Source: Octopus vulgaris
Taxonomy: Eukaryota
Direction of reading: 5' to 3'
Length of the DNA: 64,000 bases
Assembly (NCBI GenBank): GCA_951406725.2
Contig: OX597831.1
Span: forward strand, 82,770,001 to 82,834,000
The notes beneath the pieces are model-generated. The model worked only from the letters and a program-made list of their open reading frames with translations. It had not been told where the DNA came from and searched no databases. Position 1 is the first letter of the stretch; every line of letters begins with the position of its first letter. Below, in pieces: positions 41,931 to 55,199 of the stretch. The translations under genes and the position numbers were made by a program.

Positions 41931-43216
41931 ATATGAAATCAAACACCATGAAATGAAGGAAAAGACAAAGAGAGAGTACCTGTGGCGAGTGAGAAAAATA
42001 TGGACTTCAAAGCTGAATACCAGAAACATCATTTCAGCAATAAACTTGCATGCAGATGCATTAGTTCGGTATGGCACTGGAATCCTGAACTGGACTGAGG
42101 AGGAGCTAAATGAGATGGACAGGAAGTCAAGAAAGCTCCTGACGATGCATGGAGCCCATCATCCACATGTAGACACTGATCGCTTATACACAAAGAGAGC
42201 AAATGGATGAAGGGGACTGATAAATGTGGAAGACTGCGTGCGTATGGAACTCGAGAGCTTAATGAGTTTCTTAACCTAAAGTAAGGAAACCTTGCTAGTG
42301 ACAGTTAGGAATGAGGGAGTATTGAGAGAAGAGAAATGAGGGAAAACAAAGGAAGAAGTCTGAAAAGGACATGAAGAAGAATTACACAAGAAGGGAATGC
42401 ACAATCAATGGAAGTTGCTGGAAAAAATAGGTGGGATTGGCTGATGAAAGGAACTCTAAAACAAGAGACTGAGAGCATTATATTGGCAGCACAAGACCAA
42501 GCTTTGTCCAGAAATGGGAGGGTCAACTTTAGGAATGAGCAAGTGTCTCCACTGTGCCACATCTGTAATAGAGTGGGTGAAACCATTGCCCACATCACAA
42601 ACAAATGCCCTGGACTTGCCCCAAACAACTACAAGTTGTGGCAACATGACCAGGTAGCAAAATGTTACACTGAAAACTGTGCAAAAAGTGGGGGTTAGAG
42701 GGGGGCAACATGTGGTGTGAGCACAAACTGCGGAGAGTGACGGAGTTGGAGACTAGCAAAATCCTCAGGGATTTCCCAATCCAAACAGATCAGGTACTAG
42801 AGCATAACAGACCGGACCTGGTGGACAAGGTGCACCACATATGCAATACAGTTGATGTTGCATGTCCCTTTGACCCACAAATAGTTAAGAAGGAAGGTGA
42901 AAAGATAGATAGATACAACCCTCTTAAGTATGAAATAATCCAGCTATGGAAAATGAAGAAGATGAAGATAATGCCAATTATTGCTGGGTCCTTGGGAACA
43001 GTATCAGAAGGCATTAAGAGGAATATAAAGGAAATTGGAATAGAGCACCCCATAGAACTGTTACAAAAGGTCTGCCTCCTTGGCACAGCCAGAACAATCA
43101 GGAAAGTATTAGATAGCTGAAAAGACCGGATAGTAAGATACCGTAGAATGCAGGTAGTAACCCCACTACACATGCAAGACTGCAGGAGCTCCAACAAAAC
43201 CTGTGATAAAGAGAAA
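41931..43216 (+). mobile_element. 5'-truncated, decayed R4/Dong-like LINE
   Basis: SKLNTRNIISAIN, MDRKSRKLLTMHGAHHP, ETESIILAAQDQAL, CHIC...ETIAHITNKC (CCHC), NRPDL..DVACP..EKIDRY, QKVCLLGTARTIRKVL. Flanked by (ATG)n and (AAT)n. Confidence 0.9.
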
Positions 43217-43242
43217 ATGATAATGGTAATAATAATAATAGT

Positions 43243-43375
43243 TATCAGGAGGGTTCTAAGCACTTGAAAGACTGCTGAAAACTTGTGGATACCTAAGGTT
43301 ACAGGTAGTAACCCGCTATCCACATATATCCTACCAAGAATAAGGCTGAACCTGAGCCAAAACCAAATTAATTAC
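43243..43375 (+). mobile_element. Extreme 3' fragment of a related R4/Dong-like LINE
   Basis: IRRVLST* followed by a 3'UTR sharing 'caggtagtaaccc' with 43150-43165. Confidence 0.6.
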
Positions 43376-43419
43376 TTTTTGCAATTTTGAATAAATTAAA
43401 ATGTATATTATTTGCATCA

Positions 43420-43890
43420 ATCATCATCATCATCATCATCATCATTTAGTGTCCGTTTTCCATGCTAGCATGGGTTGGACGGTTCAACTGGGGTCTGTGA
43501 AGCCGGAAGGCTGCATAAGGCCCAGTCAGATCTGGCAGTGTTTCTACGGCTGGATGCCCTTCCTGACGCCAACCACTCCGTGAGTGTAGTGGGTGCTTTT
43601 TACGTGCCACCTGCACAGGTGCCAGACGGAGCTGGCAAACGGCCATGAACGGATGGTGATTTTACGTGCCACTGGCCCGGGGGCCAGGCGAGGCTGGCAA
43701 CGGACACAAGCAGATGGTGCTTTTACGTGCCACTGGCATGGGGGCCAGGCGAGGCTGGCAGCGGACACAAACGGATGGTACTTTTATGTCCCACCGGCAT
43801 GGAGGCCAGACGGGGCGGCGCCGGCAATGACCACATTCGGATGGTTCGCTTAACCACAGCTGCAATTTCCACTGATGTTGATCGACCTCA
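43420..43890 (-). mobile_element. RTE 3'UTR and tail with ~57-bp internal tandem repeats
   Basis: (CAT)n tail, the shared tail motif, and four units of ggtgcttttacgtgccactggc...gaggctggca. Homologous to 11928-12170. Confidence 0.85.
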
Positions 43891-43973
43891 ATTTTGGTTC
43901 TGCTTTCTGATATCTATGCTTTCTGCTTTCTATGTACACATAAATACAAGAGACAGACAGAAACTCTGTGTGT

Positions 43974-44005
<32 letters not shown>

Positions 44006-45119
44006 TTGTATAAGTCATGTGTGCATGTATACACGTGTGTGTGTATGTGTGTGTGTGTGTGTGTGTGTGCACGTGTGCGTCTATGTGTGCAATGAGGCTA
44101 TGAAACCACATTGTATGTATTTCAAGTGGTGTGAAGGTATCCAGTCTGTCTGAAGGAGGGTGGGTGGGGGAACAACTGGATGTCACAATTATAGATGATA
44201 ATAAGGTCTTGGGCCCTTTGTCCCTGCCTTTGTTGAAAAATAAGGTATTGTTAGGGCTAGTTTTTGAAATGTAATCATATTGGAGCAGTAGCTTCAAACA
44301 GTTTTAGCAAAGTGAGGTGGAGAGACAGACAGAAACCGATAGACACATAGGTAGATGACAGATTCAGCACAGTTTCCTTCTACCAAATTCCTATCACAAA
44401 GCATTGGCCAACATGTTACTACAACACATTCTCACAAAGGTGCAACAGCAGCAAAGGAATTGCATGCAGCACAAAGCCTTAAAGGTTTAAACAGCTTGCA
44501 GGAAGTTTGGCGCCAAGATGAAAAGACGTACCAGTGTTGTAATGGTTCAGATGAATTTGTATAAAATGATATTCAGATTGGCATGGGTTGTCACTGAAGA
44601 ACTCAAACATGAAGCTGATGAAGCATAGTGGGAATAAAACACAAAAGATCTCTGTTGATGAAAAATGGGATAATGGAGAAACAAATCTTTCTGGTGGCAT
44701 CATGTATTGGGCATTTGTCTGAGATAATGTTCTTGTGATATTAATCTTAACTTCATCACACCAACACATCTACCTTTTATTCATAACAACCAACAAGAGA
44801 AAGACCCCAAGAAGTCAACCTGTTGGAAAATCAGTAACCACATCTCCCAGAACACTCCTTATAAAAAGGAAAGAACACATTGACTAATGTAGTCCTAGAT
44901 AGCCTATGCTTGAATAAAGTATCAGATGGGCATACAAGGGCATATTTCTATTTTTAATGAAATCCGTAGTAACTGACAGAATTACTATCCAACCAATTCC
45001 AGAATTCTTTAGAGGTTCACCTTTTCAACACGGAGAAGAAAATAGTCTCTGACCTAATAAAAAGATCACAGGATATAAGATGGGTGCTGCTGAAACAACT
45101 GTAGACAAAGCACTGGAGA

Positions 45120-45162
<43 letters not shown>

Positions 45163-45477
45163 CGCACGTGTATGTGCTTCTCCTCCAAAAAACAAAGATG
45201 AAGAAAAATAGATATTTACTGGAGATATTAAAAGAGAATAAAAACACACGTCCATGTATGCACACACACACATACACACACACAAATCTATAATTACATT
45301 AAGGGTAATCAATGGCAATGTATTGGAGAAAATGTCCTTGTTTCAATGTTTTCTTTCACTGTATTTAACCTTCTCCAGGAATTTGGAGAGAGAGAAATCA
45401 CTGAAAAACTATCAATTATTGACGAAAAGTAAATATCACTCTCGTACACACACACACACACACATATAGACATGCAC

Positions 45478-45514
<37 letters not shown>

Positions 45515-45590
45515 CATATATAAATACACATGCAAACACACACACATATATACATACATACATAAATATATATATTCTCATATATTCATT

Positions 45591-45621
<31 letters not shown>

Positions 45622-46272
45622 ATACAGCTAATTAATTGTAACATTTGACTGGAACTGACAACTGTTGTAATCTCCACAACAATGGTTCTTTACCCAATTC
45701 TATTGAAATGTTTTTTAACAACAGAATTTCTGCCACATTTTTTTTTTTAGTGGGGAATAGGAGAATTTACAATGGCATTATCCAAGAATACTTTGTGTGG
45801 TGAAGTGTGTGTGTGAAAGAGAGATTATGGGAATAAAGATGATGATTAAGGTAATGAAAAAGACAAGGATTAACATCATGGTGGTGATTATTATTAAGAT
45901 GAATGATAATGATCTTGATGATGCTGATGAGGATGATTGAACAGTTATATATGAACCTGGCAGTAGGTTCCGTTAAAGTTGGTTGCATAAAGATTTGTTC
46001 ATGTTTAACTGCAGTCTCCCTTTATAATTAATGACATTCACAGCAAGGATCCATAAAGTTCCCCAAACTAATGAAACCTTGTGTAATGGTCTAAGACCAG
46101 AAAGGGTCAGGTATAGAAACAGCAGCAGAAACAACACACCAAACATAAAAGACGTTATTTTGCTTGCTTGGTGAGAATTGAAACCTTACCAATGATGTTT
46201 AGATGGCAGCCCCCAAAATAGGGTCACAACTCAACTAATTGATGTTTAATGTTTAGGCAGCTCTGATCTAGA

Positions 46273-46433
46273 AGGCCCAGGAGGAAAGCAGATGAAGGGA
46301 AGGCCCAGGAGGAAAGCATGTGAGGGGTAGGCCCATGAGGAAAGCAGATGAGGGGAAGGCCCAGGAGGAAAGCACGTGAGGGGAAGGCCCAGGAGGAAAG
46401 CACGTGAGGGGAAGGCCCAAGAGGAAAGCATGT
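46273..46433. repeat. Minisatellite, 28-bp unit x~6
   Basis: Unit aggcccaggaggaaagcaNNtgagggga. Confidence 0.95.
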
Positions 46434-49400
46434 CAGTGGGAAATGCAGACTTGCTTGACCACACAATCATACACGAGTCTGAAACATACATGGAGAGAGG
46501 GGGGAGAGGCAAACAACTTGAAACTTAAAGAGGTTTGCCAAAATACTCTGACCATATTATAAATTATATTGTAAACACAATATATTTTCTAAATATTAAA
46601 TCAAATTGTTGAATTTCAATAAACTTTTTCCATCTAAAATTTTCTTTCCATTTCCATTGACTTGAGTTTTTTTCTTTTTTTTTTTTTGTTACTTATTTCT
46701 ATTTTTACTTTTTACCTTAACAAAAGAAATTTGGCAAAGTCCACCAACAACAATGAACAAATTTAAAGATTGGCAAACTATTGACCTCATTGTGAAGTGG
46801 TGTCATCGGGGACAATTGATAATTAAATAATAACTGACCAGGCTAAACTATTTCGGAAGAAGTTAAATATTTGGTTGAGACTGACAACAACAGAGTGATT
46901 AAGTTGTGGTTGTGTATCTATAAGTAAGTGGGTTCAAATCTGTCACAGGCATTTTGGTTCTAGACCAGAAACAGAGAAGTGATAGAGCATGGTGTTCTAT
47001 CCAGGGGAAATGTTATCCACTTCACATAGTGAAATGAAACCAGGATTAAGAACCAGTTTAGAGGAGTTAAATGATTAGACAAACTGAAATCCTGTGACAA
47101 GAGAGAGACAGACAGACAGAGAAGGGACCATTACATTCTGAAGAAATAGCAACAATTTCATAGCAACAGATACTGTAATTATATCCAAACTTTGATGGTT
47201 TGTGAATTAATTCTCATTGAATCTCACCACTCACTCATGATGTCTGAAAACAATTCAGAAATATAGCTTGTCTAATGAAATATGTCTACATCTAAGGTAA
47301 AACCTGGAAGTAATTGATAGAAATTATTGCTTTGTGAAAAGACATTACTAATAAACAGCTTTAATTACAAATCAGGATGATCAAGGTTTTTTGAAAAGAA
47401 AGATTTTAAAGATTAACAAATTTGAATATTTTCTAAAACTGGAACTCAAAAAAAAAAAAAAAGTTCTGACACCCCCTACAATTTGTTTTCAGACTCACAA
47501 GCAACAATCCCAGATCCCTAAGATGATGTGAGAAATAATGTAATCCCAACACAGATACTAATTAATAATCATTTGCTATGTTCATAATAATTTCTGTTTT
47601 TCTGGGGATGTTGTTGAGCTGTACATGATCATGCCTATAATATAGAGGTGATCCTTAAATCAGGGAAGGGCAGACCTTAATCTTGAGCCATAGATACCTT
47701 TTATAGTGTAGGTGTTTATGATTTACTTTTAACTGGGAGTTATTTCATGGGGGTGGAAACGACTGTTTTATTTGGTAGAAGTAAAACAAGGAGAACAGAA
47801 GCAAGAAACTTGGAGCCTATTCTGGTATTGAAAGAAGTGGGTGAGGGGAATAGATGCAATTGGGAATAGGAATTTAAAGAAGCCAAAGAAATATACTGAT
47901 GTGTCTTAGTTCCAGTAGAAAGGCTGTAAAACAGAATCTCAAAAACCAAAACAATTTCCTACATATTGGTAAAAGTCTTGATTGTCATTCTTGAATATTA
48001 ATAAATTAACCTAAAGAGTAATTAATAAGATCTGCATCACTGAACCCTTTTCTATGGTAAATAGCTGGGATTACAGAGAGTGATGTAATTATTTTAAAGT
48101 TTGGTACAAATTGTGGGAGATGGAAACAGGCAAGAGAAGCAACCCTATTATATTACTGGTATTTGCTTTATTGATCTTAGAAGATTGATTAATAAAGTCA
48201 TTTGAACTCACAACACAGTAGTTGATGGAATACAGCAGCATATTTAGTCTGATATTCAACTTTTACTATTTTATAGTCTAGCCTTAGCCACCATGACCAA
48301 GCAAAGACATCTTGGTGACAGCAAGTACCATGCTTTTGTGAAATGTTTCAGGGGCTTGTGTAGTCACAAGCTGACACACACACACACACTTTTATGTCAA
48401 CATCACTCATGACTCAGAGAAACATTCCAGATGTGACAGATGGAGGAAGAAAGGGTGGCACCAACAATAGTTGGATGGTACTTATTTTCAGAGCAGTTTC
48501 ATATAGTTCCCTTTACATGATATGAATATAGTCCAGACTGCATGAAATGGTTATATACAGTCCACATTGCATGCAAGTCTTATATAGTCCAGATCCTGTG
48601 AAACTGTAAAATAAGCTACTTTAAAGAAAATTAATATAGTCCAGTAGAGCCCAGATTACATGAAACTAATATTGTCCAGATGAAATTAATGTGAAATTGA
48701 TATTGCCACTTTACATAAAGTAGTCTTCATTCTCTGCAACTAACGAAGTCTGCATTCCATGAATCTGTTACAAAGTCCAAATGAGTTGCAATTGTAATAT
48801 AGTTTGTATTTCAGGAAACATGAGTGTGGCCCACATTTCATGACTTTGTCAACAGAATGGAAACAATAATATTTAGGAATGTCAACATTTTAAATGATTT
48901 GATATAGTTTGGTCGATGGTCTTTATACAGGAAAACAGTTTTAGAAACAAATATTCTTTTTTCTACCTTATTTCTACGTTAAGCATTTTAATGTTGACTT
49001 TTAATTAATAAATAAATCTCATTACTTCTTGGCAATCACCATTTAGAGTCTTTGAAGCATGAAACAAATTTTTTCCAACCCTTCCAAAACAAGACATTTA
49101 AAGCAGGTTTTTCTTTTGGTTTTCCTTTGCAGCCAAGCACAAGGAATGCATTTACATAAAATTTTAAAAATAAACACATTTTGTTTTTGTGTTTTTTGTG
49201 GGGGTTTTTTGTGTTTGTTTCATAAATATTTGTGTTGTTTTATAAACAGAATTACATGTTTATAAATTTAAAACTTTAATGATGCCAACTTCAGTTAGTT
49301 TTTACAATCTTGAGCAAGATGTTACATTTTAACATCACACAGAACAAAGTTAATCAAAATTTGCTAATTAAAATTGAATGTTCCAATGTGTTCTCAGCTC

Positions 49401-49480
49401 ATTAATGGATTCACCCACAACCATCAACTAAATCTGATATAGAAACCTCTAAACTCTCAATTATATAACACAGATCATCA

Positions 49481-49538
<58 letters not shown>

Positions 49539-49611
49539 CTAAACTGAGGTATCTACACATAAATAAGAACACAACAAATTGAACCATCACCACCACCATT
49601 GTTGTTGTTGA

Positions 49612-49645
<34 letters not shown>

Positions 49646-51645
49646 ATTACATCTGCTTTGTCTTGTTATTTTGTTCCTTAATCTCACAGTCAATATTCTA
49701 ATGAAGCTGAATAATTTATACCAAGTTACCCCCCCTCTCTCTTTCTCTCCAACAATCAACCTTAGAATGTTTGATTTTTTCTACAAAATCCCATCATTGG
49801 ATTACAGGCACCATTGAGGCCAACTCCAACATCACAAAAATCAATAGTTTTACATCAATTTTTTTTTTATCCTGCAATGGCTTAAACAAGTCTTCACTGT
49901 AATCTGTCCTTCAGTTTGGTTGGCCATTTCCTCTTTGCTTTTTGTGAATTCCTCTGCAGACTATATCTGCTGTCTTTCTCTAAACTGTCAACTGACATAA
50001 CCTCTCTCTCTCTCTCTCTAGCTGCTAGAAATAACAACCAAATCTCTCTAAAATCATGATATCCCATCATAAAACAAAAGAAGTTGGATAATGTGATCAT
50101 AAATGCATTCTACCTGAAAATAAAGTGGAATGTTCATGGCTGGAATGGCTTTAATCATACTCAACCTACTCAATCACAACTGACCTTCGGTTAAACAATT
50201 ACCTCACCCTCTCTTTCTCTTCTCTCTCCTCCAGTTCTCTCTGCTATTTATTTCCTCCATCTCTCCTCATTAACACATCAATTAATGAGATCCTAATTCT
50301 TCCTATCAAATCTCTTCCTTGTTTTCACATCCACACCAGAAACAACCAAGATTCTGTTGTTGAAAATGAAATTTACCAAATTTTGGAATAAATCAAATTC
50401 AATTAATAGTTTAGCATGAAAAGAAGATTTTTATATAAAATTTATTTTACAAATATCGAGGTTTAAAAAAATGTCTAATTCTTCCTGAAATATTACAGGT
50501 TTTGGATAACTTGCAGCATTTCTGTGACATGAATTGCCATGCTACCTTAAGTAGTTTTACATCATTTTTGTTGGACTGCTTCAATAGATTGTTCTGGGAT
50601 GGTTTTACTTTCAACCATTATTTGTTCAGCTGGATCATATTTCTTTTGTAAACTAATCATGAAGAATTTATTTCCAGTTAAGTAAACTGGAATAAATAAA
50701 CTTGTCCTAATAAATATTTGAACATTTGAGTACATGATCTTGTTTTCATTAACAGCACCTGGTCACCAACAATGGTTAATTCTCCTTGAATTAACAATTG
50801 CTATTGACATAACACAGCTTCCTTAAACAATAAGTAGTTCTGTCATGGGTGGAGGGGCAAAAAAAAAAAAAAATACAGGTTGTTTGGCTTTGTGATTTTG
50901 TTTAAATGTATGAAGATGAAGGAGAAATTGTCTGTGCCTGAGTGTCAAGCTTCTTCGCTGCCCTACATAATCGGTAACCAACCACTTGAACCTGACAGCG
51001 CTCCGTTTATGTCTTGTGCTTCTAATGTTCAAAACAGCATGGAGGAAAGAATCGATAGTATCCAATGTTTGTTAACAGGGTCACTTCCTGTACCTTAATA
51101 CAAAGAAAAGGAAACAAACAAAAAAAAAAAAATCAATGAAACTCTCTTAGTTCAATAATCTACTTTAATTGATTCTGTGTAAAGTCTGGTTTAGGCAGCC
51201 TTTTCATTATTCATGGTCCGTGGCTCAGGACAGGAAGTTTCTGTCTATCATTGATGAGATCTCGTCTCTTCTAAACAACTCCTCTCTTCTAAACGCCATT
51301 AGTGTGGTGGTGGTGGTGTGAGGAGAAATACTTATTCACCAACCTCACCAACCTCACCAACAACAACTCAATCGATTGGTTTCAAAATCAATGACTCACA
51401 AATTACAAACTGAACTTCAAACTCACTGACTAATACACTAACTTAGTAACACATCTCTTGATTTATTAATAATATAACTCACTAACTTACCAACACAACT
51501 AATATATTTCCAAACTGACTAATACACCAGACTAGCACATCTTTTAACTTACGAACGCATTTTCTAAATAATACATAGAACCTATTAATCCATGTCTTGA
51601 CTCACTAATAAACGAACTTACTCCTAATATAGCTTCCAAAGCACT

Positions 51646-51683
<38 letters not shown>

Positions 51684-52157
51684 TACGCTGCTGATCAAAT
51701 GAATTATAGCAGTAGTTAATGGTAGTTTTTCTCTTAATCACTTTTTTTTTAGCCTTTAATGATTAAAAAAAAGGCAAGATATTTGGTAAGAATTATGATA
51801 AGGAAGAAGAAGAAGAAGAAGAAGAAGAAGAAGAAGAAGAAGAAGAAGAAGAAGAAGAAGAAGAATGATCAACCAGTCATGTACAAAAAGCAAAACAAAA
51901 AAGAATTCTAAGAAGAAAGCAATTTGTCTTTTTTAAAGTACAAAGAGAATTTCTAAATAATTGGCTTTTTCAGTTCATTTTGTGTAATGAGATGCCATGG
52001 TCCGACATAGAAATATGTGTCAAAGTCAAACACCATCATCATCAACTATATATGTGTGTATGTGTATATATATGTGTGTGTGTGTGTGTGTATCCACAAC
52101 AACCTCTCACCATCTATATATTGAACATCCTTTTATATTCCTTTCCTAAATCATCAC

Positions 52158-52741
<584 letters not shown>

Positions 52742-53211
52742 CCTCCACCCACCTAAATTTTCAACATTCTTCAAACAAACCTTTCATTTGAATGACATGG
52801 ACTGAACATAAAACACAATTCTGTTTCTGCTGGAATCCCCTTCTAAAAATTGAAATTTAGGTTTAGCCGAACTATAAAGCATACCACAAACTTTGGGGAG
52901 TCTGTGAAGCACTGCACATCTGTTGGAGAATGTTCCTTGACTTCTAAATGGACTGTTGCTGCGATATTCACCAGGAGTTGGCATCAGTGGATTTGATCCC
53001 TGTCTTCCTCTCAACCAACAATTTCTTTTATTCAACAGTTTCATTGGGCTCTCATTCATGAAGACAACCCTAAACTCCATGGACTCTTACATTAATATTC
53101 ACAGCCTTGTGCCACTCAGCCAGCTTTCTTCACACAGAAGAGAACTGCAATTTCTTGTTTGCCTCACATCATTCACTCCTGGTCCGAGTAGCACACAATA
53201 ACAGATGATCT

Positions 53212-53263
<52 letters not shown>

Positions 53264-53275
53264 CACACACACACA

Positions 53276-54136
53276 CAGGGTTTGATGGGTAAATTGTTGC
53301 CATTTTATATTTTTAATTTCGTGCATGCACATTGTTTTTGATTTTGCCGACTACACAGTATAGTAGGGTCAGTTGGGCACTGTCTGTGGAAAAAACAGCA
53401 CCATGACACACAATTCACTCTGCCAAGAATTTGGAAATGACATGCTGTACTGCTTGACATTTGTACTGGAAGCTCCAATATGAAGATTTCAGAGTGTTTG
53501 AGTGTGAATCTAAGGACTTGTACTGAGAGTGATAAAAATCAAACATCCAGTCAACTTCATGGTATTTGAAGTGATCACTAGTGATGGAGACGTTATGCAT
53601 CCATTCATCTTCCCACACAGCCTAAGACTCAACATGGAGGCCTACATTAAGTGCCTGGAGGAGGTAGTGCTGCCCTGGATCAAAGAGGGTGACTGCTGGA
53701 AGACCCTATGTCTGGTAACAGGACTTTGCACCATGCCACACAAGCAGGAGAACCCAGTCATGATTGTCAGACAATTTATGTGACCATATCACCCCTAACA
53801 TCTGGTCACCTAACTCTCCAAACTGCATCCCTCTTGATTATTAACAGTTGAGTGAGAAACCAACAAAACTCCTTGCAACACCAAAGATGAACTGAAGGCA
53901 AGGATTATGGCAGCATTCACCAATTTAAACAAGAAGACCATCCAGAAGAATTGCCAGAGATTCTGAAGTCATCTGAGGCCATGGTTGAAGCCAATGGCGA
54001 TATTATTGAATAAATTTACTCTTTAGTATTTCAAGATATTTTTATGTAATTTTGGTAAATATATCTGTTAAAATGAGAAGTCAGTGTTATTTTGGTTTTT
54101 GCGTAATTTAGATAATAGGTTATTCACCATACCCTG
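53276..54136 (+). mobile_element. Internally deleted Tc1/mariner transposon, DD37D (maT-like) pseudogene
   Basis: KHPVNFMVF..ITSDG, YIKCLEEVVLPWI, W*QDFAPCH...WSPNSPNCIPLDY, with 37 residues between the last two Asp. Imperfect TIRs start CAGGGT. Confidence 0.85.
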
Positions 54137-54784
54137 TGTATATATATATATGTATGTATAATTGTAAGATCCATGGATCTAGATGTACAAAGTTAGTAAG
54201 CTTTGAGCAGTCTGTGGTAGGTATAAAAAACGACTTTCAGTAACAATAATAGTTTACTGACAGTAAAAGTTGGTTTATCCCACATCAAAGTTTGATAAAC
54301 TGGAAAAAGGTTTTTTTTAAAATTATATCTCTGGCAAGTTAACATGGGATTTCTCAACAACAAAGTAACCTTCATGTAACTAAGGTATCTTCATCCTAAA
54401 AAGTAGCTAATGGGGTGCTCCGCCCCCATTGAATAATTATTACATCTGAGGATCTGTTATTTAGGAAACATATGTAGCCTGGATTTTACCTACTCCACTC
54501 CCTTAATTTGGGTATATATATATATATATATAATGATGCAAATAAACAAATAAAACTGCTTGGATTAGATATACAAAATATACGTACATATATATACATG
54601 TAGAGAGAAAGCAAAGACTAAAATTTTCAGATGATGAATATTCAAGTAAAAAGATATATTTATATATTGATAGAGCAAGCTTACACAGAATACAAAGACA
54701 CAGAAAATTAAAGGGGAGAAGGTGTGATGTTACAAGTCTGACAGCTGTTGTTGAGTGCTTGGAGTTACTTGATAATGTTGGCAG

Positions 54785-54955
54785 ATACAGTTCACCAGAA
54801 TATGCAATCAGTAATGGAAGCAGAAACACATTGGGTAGATCTGTCCTCTGTCTTCAGGGTGGAGAGAGAAAAATTCACCCTGTAGATGTAGGACAGATTT
54901 ATCCAATGTTTGTTTGCTTCTATACTGGTTGTGTAACATTGCAGTGAAATTGTAT
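54785..54955 (+). ncRNA. Long imperfect RNA hairpin (candidate miRNA, hairpin-siRNA precursor or ADAR substrate)
   Basis: 54801-54863 pairs with 54874-54935: by hand 48 Watson-Crick, 10 G-U, 4 mismatches, 1 bulge, 10-nt loop. Outer helices TTCAC/GTGAA and ATACAG/TTGTAT. Confidence 0.65.
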
Positions 54956-54989
54956 TCCTGACCATTACTGATGTCATGAAATTGGCTTC

Positions 54990-55157
54990 CATTACACTCT
55001 GTGAGGGGTTGGCATTAGGAAGGGCATCCTGCTGTAGAAATCATGCCAAATCAGACTGGATCTTGTTGCAGCTCTACAGCTTACCAGTTCCAGTCAAACC
55101 GTCTAACCCATGGCAGCATGGAAAGCAGACGTTAAATGATGATGATGATAATGATGA
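54990..55157 (+). mobile_element. RTE-type 3' tail fragment
   Basis: ttggcattaggaagggcatcc...catggaaagcagacgttaaa(tga)n. Confidence 0.8.
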
Positions 55158-55199
55158 TATAAGTAAAGAAAGAAATAAAGACCAAAGAACGAATCCTGC

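Noticed and set aside
46305-46375. CAGATGA-GGG..CCC..GAAA in the 28-bp repeat, resembling a hammerhead
   Set aside because: The core is not CUGANGA, and GAAA does not abut stem II.
51059-51073. 15-nt exact match (TATCCAATGTTTGTT) to the hairpin 3' arm at 54900-54914
   Set aside because: Matches of this length are expected by chance in 64 kb of AT-rich DNA.
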